A stretch of DNA of 64,000 nt from Actinomycetales bacterium UBA1416 (lineage in GTDB: Bacteria; Actinomycetota; Actinomycetes; Actinomycetales; Actinomycetaceae): NCBI GenBank assembly GCA_002304945.1, contig DBPQ01000106.1, positions 19,270 through 83,269 of the forward strand. Reading direction: 5' to 3'. Position 1 is the first letter of the stretch. The number at the start of each line of letters is the position of its first letter. Position numbers and translations under genes: made by a program. The notes beneath the pieces were generated by a model that saw nothing but the letters and a program-made list of their open reading frames with translations, did no database searches and was not told the origin of the DNA. Shown in pieces: positions 1 through 8,501 of the stretch.

Positions 1-770
1 TAGGACTCGGTGAGGTCCGAGGCACGCTCCCGATAGGTCTCGATGATCTCGATGACCTGCACGATGTGGTCGTAGAGATCGCCCAGGTAGACCTTCGTGG
101 TCTCGCTCATGCACTCGTGCGGGTCGCGCCGGAGGGCCGCCACCACCTCGCGCATGGGCCACACGCTCGACCGGAACAGGGCGAACTGCCGCTTGAGATC
201 CTGGATCGAGGTCAGGACAGCGGGGTTCGCGTGTTCGAGGACCGCTGTCTCAAGCTCCTCGAGACCGCCATCGAAGTGGTCGAGGATGGGGAACGCGCCG
301 TCCACCACTGTGTCCAGCATCGCGTACACGAGGTAGCTGGCGTCCGCGGTGCGGAGGTGGGACCCCTCGGCCATGAGTCGCTGCCGTACCTGATGCCACT
401 GGCTCGTGGGCCCCTCCTCGAAGGAGAGCACGGTGTTGTGGCCCAGGAAGATGGAGATCTGCTCGCTGCGGAGCCGGCCGTCCTGGATCTCCAGCGCGCG
501 AGTCGTGACGAACAGGCGTGCGTTCATGCCGCTCTCGCCACCGCCGAAGGCGTCCACCTTGGGACGCTGCGTCCCGCTCAGCACGTCCTCCATCGTGAGG
601 GGGTGCAGTTCGTACTTCTCGGCGAGCCGCTGCACGGCGCCCGGCTCCTGGAGTCCCGCGACGTGGATCCAGCGCACGCGCGACCACGCCGGCCGCCGGT
701 GCGAGAAGAACTCCGCGACGTCGTCCACCTCGTGCATCTCGGCGCGGGTGGGGGAGTAGTCCACGCACAT
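1..770 (-). CDS. corA: CorA-family Mg2+/Co2+ transporter, N-terminal cytoplasmic part (3' end beyond left window edge)
   Basis: Hand translation of the minus strand from ATG (complement of 768-770) gives MCVDYSPTRAEMHEVDDVAEFFSHRRPAWSRVRWIHVAGLQEPGAVQRLAEKYELHPLTMEDVL. The LHPLxxED segment is typical of CorA soluble domains. It is absent from the ORF track because it is open at the window edge. It is the codon-aligned antisense of the spurious front of ORF 66..1472. Confidence 0.7.
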   Translation of the reverse strand, partial: MCVDYSPTRAEMHEVDDVAEFFSHRRPAWSRVRWIHVAGLQEPGAVQRLAEKYELHPLTMEDVLSGTQRPKVDAFGGGESGMNARLFVTTRALEIQDGRLRSEQISIFLGHNTVLSFEEGPTSQWHQVRQRLMAEGSHLRTADASYLVYAMLDTVVDGAFPILDHFDGGLEELETAVLEHANPAVLTSIQDLKRQFALFRSSVWPMREVVAALRRDPHECMSETTKVYLGDLYDHIVQVIEIIETYRERASDLTES

Positions 771-914
771 GACCACGGTGCGTCCGTCGGCATCGCCCAC
801 TCGCCGCCTCCTCGCGTGCTCGCTGGTCGCTGCCGACGGTACCACCCGGACGCTTGTGAAGATGCTGCAGCGCGACATCTTCCCGGGGCCGCCGCTGTCT
901 GCCACCATTGGCCG

Positions 915-1472
915 ATGGAGCACGCGGACCTCGAACTGCCTGAGCCGGACACCAAGGACTGGACGTGGACGGTGCGCCACCGCTGCCCTGAGTGCGGTGT
1001 GGCGGTGGGTGAACTGACGCTCCGCCAGGCCGCGGAGCTCACCGACCTGGCGGCGCAGCAGTGGACCGAACTGCTCTCCCACGGCGATGAGGCCGCCCTG
1101 CGGGCGCGGCCTCGCCCACGCGTGTGGTCGCCGACCGAGTACGCCGCCCACGTCCGCGACGTCGGCCGCGTCTTCCTCACCCGGCTCGACCTCATGCTCG
1201 CCGAGGACACCCCCAGCTTTCAGGACTGGGACCAGGACGCCGCCGCCGTCGCGGGTGGGTACTCCACCCTCGACCCCCGCCAGCTGGCGCCCGCCGTCGG
1301 CGTCAGTCTCGGGGCCTTCGCCGCCCGCCTGCGCGAGGTGCCACTGGGCGAGGAGCAGCGCCGCGGGATCCGCTCCAACGGCTCGGAGTTCACGATCCTC
1401 ACCCTGGCCCAGTACTTCCTGCACGACGTCGTGCACCACCTCCACGACGTCGGCCGTCCCCTGAAGGTCTGA
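915..1472 (+). CDS. DinB-superfamily (DinB_2 / mycothiol-transferase-like) protein
   Basis: Tail of ORF 66..1472 from in-frame ATG 915 (MEHADLELPE...). His pattern AAHVRDV ... FLHDVVHHLHDV resembles DinB-type metal sites. The upstream part of the ORF is antisense of corA. Confidence 0.6.
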   Translation: MEHADLELPEPDTKDWTWTVRHRCPECGVAVGELTLRQAAELTDLAAQQWTELLSHGDEAALRARPRPRVWSPTEYAAHVRDVGRVFLTRLDLMLAEDTPSFQDWDQDAAAVAGGYSTLDPRQLAPAVGVSLGAFAARLREVPLGEEQRRGIRSNGSEFTILTLAQYFLHDVVHHLHDVGRPLKV

Positions 1473-1502
1473 CACCGCCTCACGCCGGCCGAACGATCCC
1501 GG

Positions 1503-2105
1503 CTACTGGCCGAGGCCCTCGAACAGCGCGTTGCCGATCCGGAAGCCGAATCCGCTGCCGTCGTCGGTGAGGCATTCGATGATGTCGGCGCCGATCGCGC
1601 ACTCGAAGCCCGAGGAACGAGAGCTGCTGCCCTCCGCCAGCACCGGGACGTCCCTGGCCTGGTGCGGCTCGCACTCCATCCACATCTCGGAGTTGTACGG
1701 CCACACCATGACGAGGTCCTCCTCGCAGGCGAGCTCGACCGAGCCCTCTTCCTCGTCGAACACCCACGCGGAGTACTGCGGGTCCGGCACCCAGCACTTC
1801 GCCAACCGTGCGCCGTCGTACCCCGGCGCGTCGTACTCGTCCATGACATCCAGGTCGCAGACCACGCCGCTGGGGCTCGCGAACACCTCGAGGTCCACGT
1901 CCTGCGGTGACGGGGTCGCGGCGGCGGCGGTGGAATCCTCGGCCGTCGGACCTAGGGTCGGCGCGGCCGGTGCTGTGGGGCTCGCGACCGGCGCGGTGTC
2001 GGTGCCCGCCGGCGACGCGTCGTCGGTGCCGGCACAGCCGACGAGCAGAATGAGGGTACCCACCAGCACCAGGGCCCTGAGATTCGCGCCTCCCAAATCC
2101 ATCAC
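1503..2105 (-). CDS. secreted Cys-rich lipoprotein, function unknown
   Basis: ORF 1503..2105. N-terminus MMDLGGANLRALVLVGTLILLVGCAG is a signal peptide plus lipobox. A Pro/Ala/Thr linker is followed by an acidic domain with six more Cys. ATG at 2102 is an equally good start. Confidence 0.75.
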   Translation of the reverse strand: MMDLGGANLRALVLVGTLILLVGCAGTDDASPAGTDTAPVASPTAPAAPTLGPTAEDSTAAAATPSPQDVDLEVFASPSGVVCDLDVMDEYDAPGYDGARLAKCWVPDPQYSAWVFDEEEGSVELACEEDLVMVWPYNSEMWMECEPHQARDVPVLAEGSSSRSSGFECAIGADIIECLTDDGSGFGFRIGNALFEGLGQ

Positions 2106-2155
2106 ACTCCCTCATCGTCCACCTCGAGCGTAGACCCGCGCGGCGCGCCAGGACT

Positions 2156-2183
2156 TTGACACCTGACCTGAACTGACTAAGCT
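2156..2183 (+). promoter_or_regulatory. candidate sigma-70-type promoter of the trx-like operon (TTGACA-N16-TAAGCT)
   Basis: TTGACA at 2156..2161 and TAAGCT (TANNNT) at 2178..2183, in an AT-enriched 130-nt divergent gap, about 50 nt upstream of ATG 2236. Confidence 0.4.
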
Positions 2184-2190
2184 GAATGCG

Positions 2191-2214
2191 GCATATACCA
2201 CTACGGGTATACAC
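2191..2214. promoter_or_regulatory. imperfect inverted repeat, candidate ArsR operator
   Basis: GCATATACC actacg GGTATACAC. The core TATACC-N6-GGTATA is perfect and 7 of 9 positions pair when extended. It lies just downstream of the putative -10 and upstream of the trx-like gene, whose operon ends in arsR. Confidence 0.45.
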
Positions 2215-2235
2215 GATCGTGAGAAGGAGACCAGC

Positions 2236-2574
2236 ATGCTGCAGACCAACCTGGAGCACATCACCTCGGAGGACGAGTTCCGCGAGGTCCTGGAGAACAA
2301 CGAGAACGTGATGATCTGCTGCGGCCGCATGGGCCCCATGTGCCTCCCGGTGTACGACGTCATGGAGTCGATCCAGGAGGACTACCCGCAGGTGGCCTTC
2401 CGCGACATGGCGTTCGACGAGCCCGTGGCGCGCGTGATCCGCACCCTGCCGGAGACCTCGACCTTCCGCGGCCTGCCCTTCACCGTGTACTTCAAGAACG
2501 GCGAGGTGGTGCACGCGACGAGCAGCATCCAGTCGATGGACCAGGTGACCGCGGTCCTCGACGAGAAGTTCTGA
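2236..2574 (+). CDS. thioredoxin-fold protein with non-canonical Cys motif (CCGRMGPMC instead of WCGPC)
   Basis: ORF 2236..2574 with GAGAAGGAGA upstream. Trx-like layout including the cis-Pro region GLPFTVYFKNGEV. First gene of a trx-like/trxB-like/arsR operon. Confidence 0.85.
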   Translation: MLQTNLEHITSEDEFREVLENNENVMICCGRMGPMCLPVYDVMESIQEDYPQVAFRDMAFDEPVARVIRTLPETSTFRGLPFTVYFKNGEVVHATSSIQSMDQVTAVLDEKF

Positions 2575-2584
2575 CCGCGCGGAG

Positions 2585-3511
2585 ATGGCCACCGACTACG
2601 ACATCATCATCCTCGGAGGAGGCCCCGCCGGACTCACGGCGGGCATCTACGCCGGGCGGGCGCGGCGGCGGGTCCTGATCCTCGACACCGGCACGCTCGG
2701 CGGCCAGACGGTCCTGACCCACGCCGTCGCCAACTACCCGGGCGTCCCCACGACGTCCGGCCGCGACCTGTCGCAGGCGATGGCGCAGCAGGCCCGTGAC
2801 TTCGGTTGCGAGATCAAGGCCTTCGCCCGCATCGCGGAGGTGGACCTCGCCGGTGACGTGAAGTCCGTGACCCTGAAGAACGGGAAGCGGTTCACGGCCC
2901 GTGCGGCGATCGTCGCCACCGGTGGGGTGCCGCGGAAGCTGGGGGTGGACGGCGAGGAGAAGTTCATCGGCCAGGGCATCTCCTACTGCGCCACCTGCGA
3001 CGGGGACTTCTTCACCGATCTGCCCATCGCGATCGTCGGGGGCGGGAACTCCGCACTCGAGGAGGCGGTCTCGCTCAGCCGGTACGCCTCTCGGATCACG
3101 GTGATCCACGAGTTCGACCACTTCCAGGCCGAGCCCTTCATCGTGGCCGAGGCCACGGCGAACCCGAAGATCAGCTTCCTCATGAACCAGCGCGTGCTGG
3201 GCTTCGACGGGGAATCCGCGCTCGAGGTGGTGCGCAGCGAGGACAAGGCGACCGGAGAGTCCCGTGAACTACCGGTTGACGGTTGCTTCGTGTTCATCGG
3301 CTACGTCCCGAACTCCGAGGCCCTGGCCGGACAGGTGGGCCTGAACGAGCGCGGTGAGGTGATCACGGACGAGGCGCTGCGAACGGACGTCCCCGGCGTC
3401 TTCGCCGCGGGTGACGTGCGCACCAAGCGCATCCGGCAGGTCACCACCGCCGTCTCCGACGGCACGATCGCCGCGCTCACCGCGCTCGAGTACCTGAAGT
3501 CGGTCGCGTGA
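2585..3511 (+). CDS. trxB: low-Mr thioredoxin-disulfide reductase family flavoprotein; NADPH 2'-phosphate arginines absent
   Basis: ORF 2585..3511. FAD motif IILGGGPAGLTAG, redox CATC (2987..2998), VGGGNSALEEA, and GVFAAGDV. The position of E. coli HRRDGFRAE reads HEFDHFQAE (3107..3133). Confidence 0.9.
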   Translation: MATDYDIIILGGGPAGLTAGIYAGRARRRVLILDTGTLGGQTVLTHAVANYPGVPTTSGRDLSQAMAQQARDFGCEIKAFARIAEVDLAGDVKSVTLKNGKRFTARAAIVATGGVPRKLGVDGEEKFIGQGISYCATCDGDFFTDLPIAIVGGGNSALEEAVSLSRYASRITVIHEFDHFQAEPFIVAEATANPKISFLMNQRVLGFDGESALEVVRSEDKATGESRELPVDGCFVFIGYVPNSEALAGQVGLNERGEVITDEALRTDVPGVFAAGDVRTKRIRQVTTAVSDGTIAALTALEYLKSVA

Positions 3512-3810
3512 CCGACTTCGTGACCGGAGCCTGCAGGGCGCTCGCCCACCCCGTGCGGCGGGCGCTCCTGCAGTCCCTGTCCACCGGCGAGTGCGACGTC
3601 GGGCACCTCTGCACCGGTCGGGAGCTGGACCAGCCCACCGTGTCGAAGCACCTCGCTGCGCTCCGGCGCGCCGGGCTGGTCCAGGCCCGCGTCGATGGGC
3701 CCAGACGCTGCTACTCCCTCCTCCACGAGGACACGGTGCGGCAGCTGCTCGCGGCGCTCGACCAACTCGAGAGCGAGGCCATGGACGACGGCGGCACGTC
3801 AGTCCCGTAA
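3508..3810 (+). CDS. ArsR/SmtB-family transcriptional regulator
   Basis: ORF 3508..3810. The GTG start overlaps the trxB stop (GTGA). HPVRRALLQSL...GECDVGHLC...QPTVSKHLAALRRAGLV is the ArsR winged-helix core with Cys in the alpha3 sensing position. Confidence 0.85.
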   Translation: MTDFVTGACRALAHPVRRALLQSLSTGECDVGHLCTGRELDQPTVSKHLAALRRAGLVQARVDGPRRCYSLLHEDTVRQLLAALDQLESEAMDDGGTSVP

Positions 3811-3868
3811 CACGACCCTCCCGCCCCCATCGCTCGCCGAGGTGCGGCGATCGGGGCATGATCGAACC

Positions 3869-5320
3869 ATGCTGGACACATTCGAACTGATCGCGAAGCT
3901 CCCGACCTCCCACTACATCAACGGCGAGTGGACCGGCGGCGAGGGCACGCTCGACGTCATCAACCCCGCCACCGGCAAGCCCATCACCCAGGTTGCGGAC
4001 GCCTCCGCCGAGGTCGCCATGTCCGCCCTCGACGCCGCCGTCGCCGCCCAGGACGAGTGGGCGGCCACGGACCCGCGCGTGCGCGGCGAACTCCTGCGGG
4101 CCGCCTACGAGCGCATCATCGAGCGGGCGGACGACTTCGCCACCGTCATGACCATGGAGATGGGCAAGGTGCTCGCCGAGTCCCGGGGCGAGGTGACGTA
4201 CGGTGCCGAGTTCTTCCGCTGGTTCGCGGAGGAGGCAGTGCGGGTCCATGGACGCTACGGCGTCGCGCCCAGCGGCGGGAACCGCATCATCACCATGAAG
4301 CAACCGGTGGGGCCGGCCCTCGCCATCACCCCCTGGAACTTCCCGCTGGCGATGGGGACCAGGAAGATCGGGCCGGCGCTCGCGGCCGGCTGCACGATCG
4401 TGCTGAAGCCGGCGTCCGCCACCCCGCTCACGTCGCTGCTGCTGATGGAGGTGCTGCACGAGGTGGGGGTGCCGAAGGGTGTGGTGAACTGCTTCGTCTC
4501 CTCGCGTTCCGGATCCACCGTGGCACCCCTGATCGCCGATCCACGCCTCCGCAAGCTCACATTCACCGGCTCCACCGAGGTGGGGAAGCGATTGCTCGAG
4601 CAGGCCTCCCAGCGGGTGCTCCGCACCTCGATGGAGCTCGGCGGCAACGCCCCGTTCCTCGTGCTGGAGTCCGCGGACCTCGACCGTGCGGTCGAGGGCG
4701 CCGTCGCCGCCAAGATGCGGAACATCGGCGAGGCGTGCACTGCAGCCAACCGGTTCCTCGTCCACAGCTCGCTGGCCGAGGAGTTCACCCGCCGCCTCGG
4801 GGAGCGCATCGGTGGCATGACGGTGGGCAACGGGTTGGAGCAGGCCTCCGAGGTGGGCCCCATCATCAGCGCCGAGGCCGTTGACGACATCCTGCAGCTC
4901 GTGAACGATGCCGTCGACGACGGCGCCACCGTGGTCACCGGCGGGTCGCGCATCGAGGGTGAGGGCTTCTTCATGAAGCCGACCGTGCTCGCCGACGTCC
5001 GCACCACCTCCCGGGTCGTTCGCGAGGAGATCTTCGGTCCGGTTGCCCCGGTGATGACCTTCGACACCGCGGAGGAGGCGATCGAGATCGCCAACTCCAC
5101 CGAGTTCGGGCTGATCGCGTACGTGTTCGGTCAGGACATCTCCGAGGCGGTGCGGGTGGCCGAGGGGTTGCACACCGGAATGGTCGGCCTCAACTCGGGC
5201 GTGATCTCCAACCCGGCGGCGCCCTTCGGAGGGGTGAAGGAGTCCGGCCTCGGCCGTGAGGGCGGCTTCGAGGGCATCGAGGAATACCTCGAGACGAAGT
5301 ACGTGGGTCTGTCGCTCTGA
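3869..5320 (+). CDS. gabD: NAD(P)-dependent succinate-semialdehyde dehydrogenase (aldehyde dehydrogenase family)
   Basis: In-frame ATG 3869 of ORF 3695..5320 (MLDTFELIAKLPTSHYINGEW). Motifs FTGSTEVGK and MELGGNAP, with the catalytic Cys in GEACTAANR. Confidence 0.85.
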   Translation: MLDTFELIAKLPTSHYINGEWTGGEGTLDVINPATGKPITQVADASAEVAMSALDAAVAAQDEWAATDPRVRGELLRAAYERIIERADDFATVMTMEMGKVLAESRGEVTYGAEFFRWFAEEAVRVHGRYGVAPSGGNRIITMKQPVGPALAITPWNFPLAMGTRKIGPALAAGCTIVLKPASATPLTSLLLMEVLHEVGVPKGVVNCFVSSRSGSTVAPLIADPRLRKLTFTGSTEVGKRLLEQASQRVLRTSMELGGNAPFLVLESADLDRAVEGAVAAKMRNIGEACTAANRFLVHSSLAEEFTRRLGERIGGMTVGNGLEQASEVGPIISAEAVDDILQLVNDAVDDGATVVTGGSRIEGEGFFMKPTVLADVRTTSRVVREEIFGPVAPVMTFDTAEEAIEIANSTEFGLIAYVFGQDISEAVRVAEGLHTGMVGLNSGVISNPAAPFGGVKESGLGREGGFEGIEEYLETKYVGLSL

Positions 5321-5336
5321 CAGCGCAGCCACGCGT

Positions 5337-5365
5337 GGACGCCGGCGCGGGACTCGCCGGCGTCC
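5337..5365 (+). terminator. GC-rich hairpin after gabD (11-bp perfect stem, 7-nt loop)
   Basis: GGACGCCGGCG cgggact CGCCGGCGTCC, 17 nt after the gabD stop. There is no U-tract, which is common in actinobacteria. Confidence 0.55.
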
Positions 5366-5375
5366 GTGTCAGTGG
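5358..5375 (+). repeat. 18-nt direct repeat, copy 1 (CGGCGTCCGTGTCAGTGG)
   Basis: 17 of 18 positions are identical to 5958..5975, exactly 600 bp downstream. The two copies bracket the YbjN-like gene. Confidence 0.6.
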
Positions 5376-5436
5376 GTGTCGTTAGCGTGGTGAGTGGCCG
5401 GAGGTACCGGCCGTCCGCCGACATCGGGAGGTCACG

Positions 5437-5952
5437 ATGCACCACCACTGCCGGAGTTTCGAGGAGCGCGAGGTCGCGCTGATGCACCTGCGTTCGCACG
5501 TGGAGCGTTGCCTCCAGGACGTGTGGGACACCCACGATCTCGTGGTGGATGACGACGGCGACTACCCGTTCCGCCGCGGCACCGCCGTCGGGTGGGTGTC
5601 GGTCCGCCGGGCCCTGCCCCTGCGGGTCAGCGTGTTCGCCCACGCGGCCTACGAGCTGCGCCGGTCGGCCCGGCTGCTGGAGGAGATCAACGACCTCAAC
5701 TCGGCCGCCCGATGGGCGAAGATCGCGCTTGACGACGGTGTCGTGCTGGTGGGGGTGGATCTACCGGACTCGGCGGTGAACCGAATCAGCCTTGCGGACG
5801 CCATCGACGCCGTGGGCACGTTGGCGGATGAGGTCGGCCCGGTCCTGGCTGCCGTTTTCGGTGGCACCACGCCGATCCCTCTCAACGCTGTGGACCCGGC
5901 CTGGGCGGCCGACGAGACCACGGACGAGACCACCGACGAGCAGGCGTCGTGA
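5437..5952 (+). CDS. YbjN-like domain protein (function unknown)
   Basis: ORF 5437..5952. The DDDGDYPF...VSV...LRVSVFA pattern resembles actinobacterial YbjN-type proteins. The acidic tail TDETTDETTDE comes from a 12-nt tandem repeat. Alternative start ATG 5482. Confidence 0.6.
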   Translation: MHHHCRSFEEREVALMHLRSHVERCLQDVWDTHDLVVDDDGDYPFRRGTAVGWVSVRRALPLRVSVFAHAAYELRRSARLLEEINDLNSAARWAKIALDDGVVLVGVDLPDSAVNRISLADAIDAVGTLADEVGPVLAAVFGGTTPIPLNAVDPAWAADETTDETTDEQAS

Positions 5953-5957
5953 GGGCA

Positions 5958-5975
5958 CGGCGTTCGTGTCAGTGG
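5958..5975 (+). repeat. 18-nt direct repeat, copy 2 (CGGCGTTCGTGTCAGTGG)
   Basis: See copy 1. This copy ends 9 nt before the ATG of the DUF222/HNH gene. Confidence 0.6.
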
Positions 5976-5983
5976 CCGGTTGG

Positions 5984-7468
5984 ATGATGGGTTTCATGGA
6001 CGCAGGGGTGGTGCACGAGTTCCGGCGCAACGGCCGGAGCGCACTCGAGATCGGCACGCAGGTCGCCCTCCTGGACCGTGCGGGGGCAGGAGCGCAGGCT
6101 GTCGCCCTCCTCGAGGGCTTCGCCGACCGGGAGGCTTCGGAGGAGGCGCTCCTGGCCGGAGTCCGGGCAGCGGCACGTGCGGTGGCCCACGCGGAGTGGT
6201 TGAAGGCGCGGTACGCCGCACGGCTCGCAGCCTGCGCCCGGCTGGAGTACCCGGACTACACGGGCGTCATCAACGTGGCTGCCGAGGAGATCTCGCTGAG
6301 CCTGCGAATCAGCCCCCGGGAGGCCGAACGGTACGTCTCGGTGGGCCGGGCGATCGCGGGCGCGTTCTGGGCCACAGGTGCGGCGCTCGAGGAGGCCACG
6401 ATCTCCTTCGACCATGCCTGGGTGATCGTGGACTGCCTCTCCACCGTGGATCTCGGCGTGGCGATCCCCGTGGAGGGCAAGGCGTTGGAACGGGCGCGCG
6501 ACCGCACTCCAGCGGAACTGCGGCGGGACATCGCCCGCCTGCTGGTGGAGTTCGACCCCGAGGGCGCGAACGATCGTGCCGCGGTGGCCGCAGGCAAGCG
6601 AAGGGTCGGGCGGGTGCGCCCGGCGGCGGACGGAATGGCTCGGATGTCCCTCTTCCTGCGCGCACCGGACGCTGTCTCCCTTGACACCGCCCTCGACGCC
6701 GCCGCGACAGCAGCGCACGCCGCCGGTGATTCCCGCACGACGGACCAACTGCGCGCCGACGTCCTTGCAGGATGGGCCGCCACGGCACTCTCCCGTGGGA
6801 CAGCCGTCACGCTGGCCGACGGCACCACCGTGACATCCGCTCCGTCGACCATCGCCGTCACCGTCCCGCTCGAGGTGATCATGAGGGCCCTGCCGGGCTT
6901 CACACCGCCCTCCTCCGTGGCGGACACGCTCCGCGGCGAGCTCGGTGGCGATCCCGACCGTGGGGTGAGCCGTGCGGAGTCCACGCACGGAACCACGGCG
7001 GCAGGGCCGGCGGACGGCCATCGCATCGAGGCTCCCTGGCTCGAGGGCTACGGTCCGATCAGCCCCGCCGTCGCACTCCTCCTCGCCGCCGGCGGCACGT
7101 GGCAACGCATCGTCACCGACACGTTGACGGGGGATCCCCTGGACGTGGGCCGTCACAGGTATCGTGCACCGGCGGGCCTCACCACAGCACTCCGGATCCG
7201 GGATCACACATGCGTCCGCCCGGGATGCTCGGTCCCATCCGGCCGGTGCGACCGGGACCACCTCCACGAGTGGTCCGACGGCGGGGTCACATCCCTCGCG
7301 AACCAGGCCCCGGAGTGCTCCTGGCATCACCGCGTGAAGAGTGCGGGAGCGGCAGCGGTAACCGTGCGCGCACCGGATGGATCACGCACCTGGACCTCCC
7401 GGCTGGGGCGTTACCGTCGACCACCCGAACGGGATCCTCGCCTGCGCGATGGACCGCCACCCTTCTGA
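5984..7468 (+). CDS. DUF222 (REP13E12-type) protein with C-terminal HNH endonuclease motif
   Basis: In-frame ATG 5984 of ORF 5792..7468. Long Ala/Arg-rich DUF222-like body. The C-terminus DHTCVRPGCSVPSGRCDRDHLHEWSDGGVTSLANQAPECSWHHRVK is an intact Cys4/HNH box. Confidence 0.8.
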   Translation: MMGFMDAGVVHEFRRNGRSALEIGTQVALLDRAGAGAQAVALLEGFADREASEEALLAGVRAAARAVAHAEWLKARYAARLAACARLEYPDYTGVINVAAEEISLSLRISPREAERYVSVGRAIAGAFWATGAALEEATISFDHAWVIVDCLSTVDLGVAIPVEGKALERARDRTPAELRRDIARLLVEFDPEGANDRAAVAAGKRRVGRVRPAADGMARMSLFLRAPDAVSLDTALDAAATAAHAAGDSRTTDQLRADVLAGWAATALSRGTAVTLADGTTVTSAPSTIAVTVPLEVIMRALPGFTPPSSVADTLRGELGGDPDRGVSRAESTHGTTAAGPADGHRIEAPWLEGYGPISPAVALLLAAGGTWQRIVTDTLTGDPLDVGRHRYRAPAGLTTALRIRDHTCVRPGCSVPSGRCDRDHLHEWSDGGVTSLANQAPECSWHHRVKSAGAAAVTVRAPDGSRTWTSRLGRYRRPPERDPRLRDGPPPF

Positions 7469-7511
7469 AGTGCCCTTGGCGGACTCAACGCACAATGAGT
7501 AGTCTACCCAG

Positions 7512-8483
7512 ATGGCGGACACCGTGATGAATTGGCTGATGGATGCTACCGAATCGGACCCTGCCATCCGCTGGCAGGTGATGCGCGACCTCCGCGATGC
7601 CCCGGATTCCGAGTGGGAGCCGGAGCGGGCACGGGTCGCCACCGAGGGCTGGGGGGCGTGCCTGCTCGCCCTGGCGGATGAGGCAGGGGGGTGGGCCGGG
7701 GGCGCCCACTTCCCGGCTGACTACGTCTGGGGTGGCGATGAGGAGGGACAACCCTGGACCGCGACCTCGCACGTCCTGGCGCTGCTCCGCGAGTTCGGGT
7801 TGCCCCCTGCTGCCCTGGCTGGGCAGGTCGACCTCATCGGGCGGACCGTCCACTGGGAGTACGCCGACGAGCCCTACTGGGAGGGCGAGGTGGAACCGTG
7901 CATCAACGGGGCGCTGGTGGCGAACGGTGCGTACTTCGGCGTCGACATGTCCCCGGTGGTGGAACGGCTGGTGGGGGAGCGGCTCGAGGACGGCGGCTGG
8001 AACTGCGAGGCCGAGAACGGCTCGGTGCGCTCCTCCTTCGACACCACGATCAACGTGCTGGAGGGACTGCTCGAGTTCGAGCGCGCCACGGGCGGCACGG
8101 CCGCCTCGCGGGAGGCGCGCCGCACAGGGGAGGAGTACCTCCTTCAGCGTCACCTCTTCCGGCGGCTCTCGACCGGCGAACCCGCCGACCACCGCTACCT
8201 GTACCTCCTCCACCCCAACCGCTGGCACTACGACGTGCTCCGCGCGCTGGACCACTTCCGTGCGGCCGCCGTCCTCGCCGGCACGCCACCCGATCCACGC
8301 TTGGCCGAGGCGATCGAACACGTCCGCTCCCGGCGCCGCGAGGACGGCCGCTGGCCGCTCGACTGGAACCCGGTGGGCCGCGCCTGGTTCGACGTCGACG
8401 ACGGCGCCGATCAACCCTCCCGCTGGATCACCCTGCGGGCCCTTCGGGTCCTCCGCTGGTGGGAGGACGCTGCGGCACGCTGA
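7512..8483 (+). CDS. prenyltransferase / squalene-cyclase-repeat (alpha-alpha toroid) protein
   Basis: ORF 7512..8483. Repeated segments AGGWAGG, EDGGWNCE and EDGRWPLD are typical of terpenoid cyclase/prenyltransferase repeats. Confidence 0.7.
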   Translation: MADTVMNWLMDATESDPAIRWQVMRDLRDAPDSEWEPERARVATEGWGACLLALADEAGGWAGGAHFPADYVWGGDEEGQPWTATSHVLALLREFGLPPAALAGQVDLIGRTVHWEYADEPYWEGEVEPCINGALVANGAYFGVDMSPVVERLVGERLEDGGWNCEAENGSVRSSFDTTINVLEGLLEFERATGGTAASREARRTGEEYLLQRHLFRRLSTGEPADHRYLYLLHPNRWHYDVLRALDHFRAAAVLAGTPPDPRLAEAIEHVRSRRREDGRWPLDWNPVGRAWFDVDDGADQPSRWITLRALRVLRWWEDAAAR

Positions 8484-8501
8484 ACGGCCCGCGGCCCCCG
8501 T

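Noticed and set aside
3269-5332. 687-aa minus-strand ORF over gabD/arsR
   Set aside because: Antisense artefact. gabD on the plus strand carries all the aldehyde dehydrogenase motifs.
5984-7468. DUF222/HNH gene as an active mobile element or restriction/defence nuclease
   Set aside because: There are no inverted terminal repeats, transposase, methylase or partner genes. I kept only the flanking direct-repeat observation.
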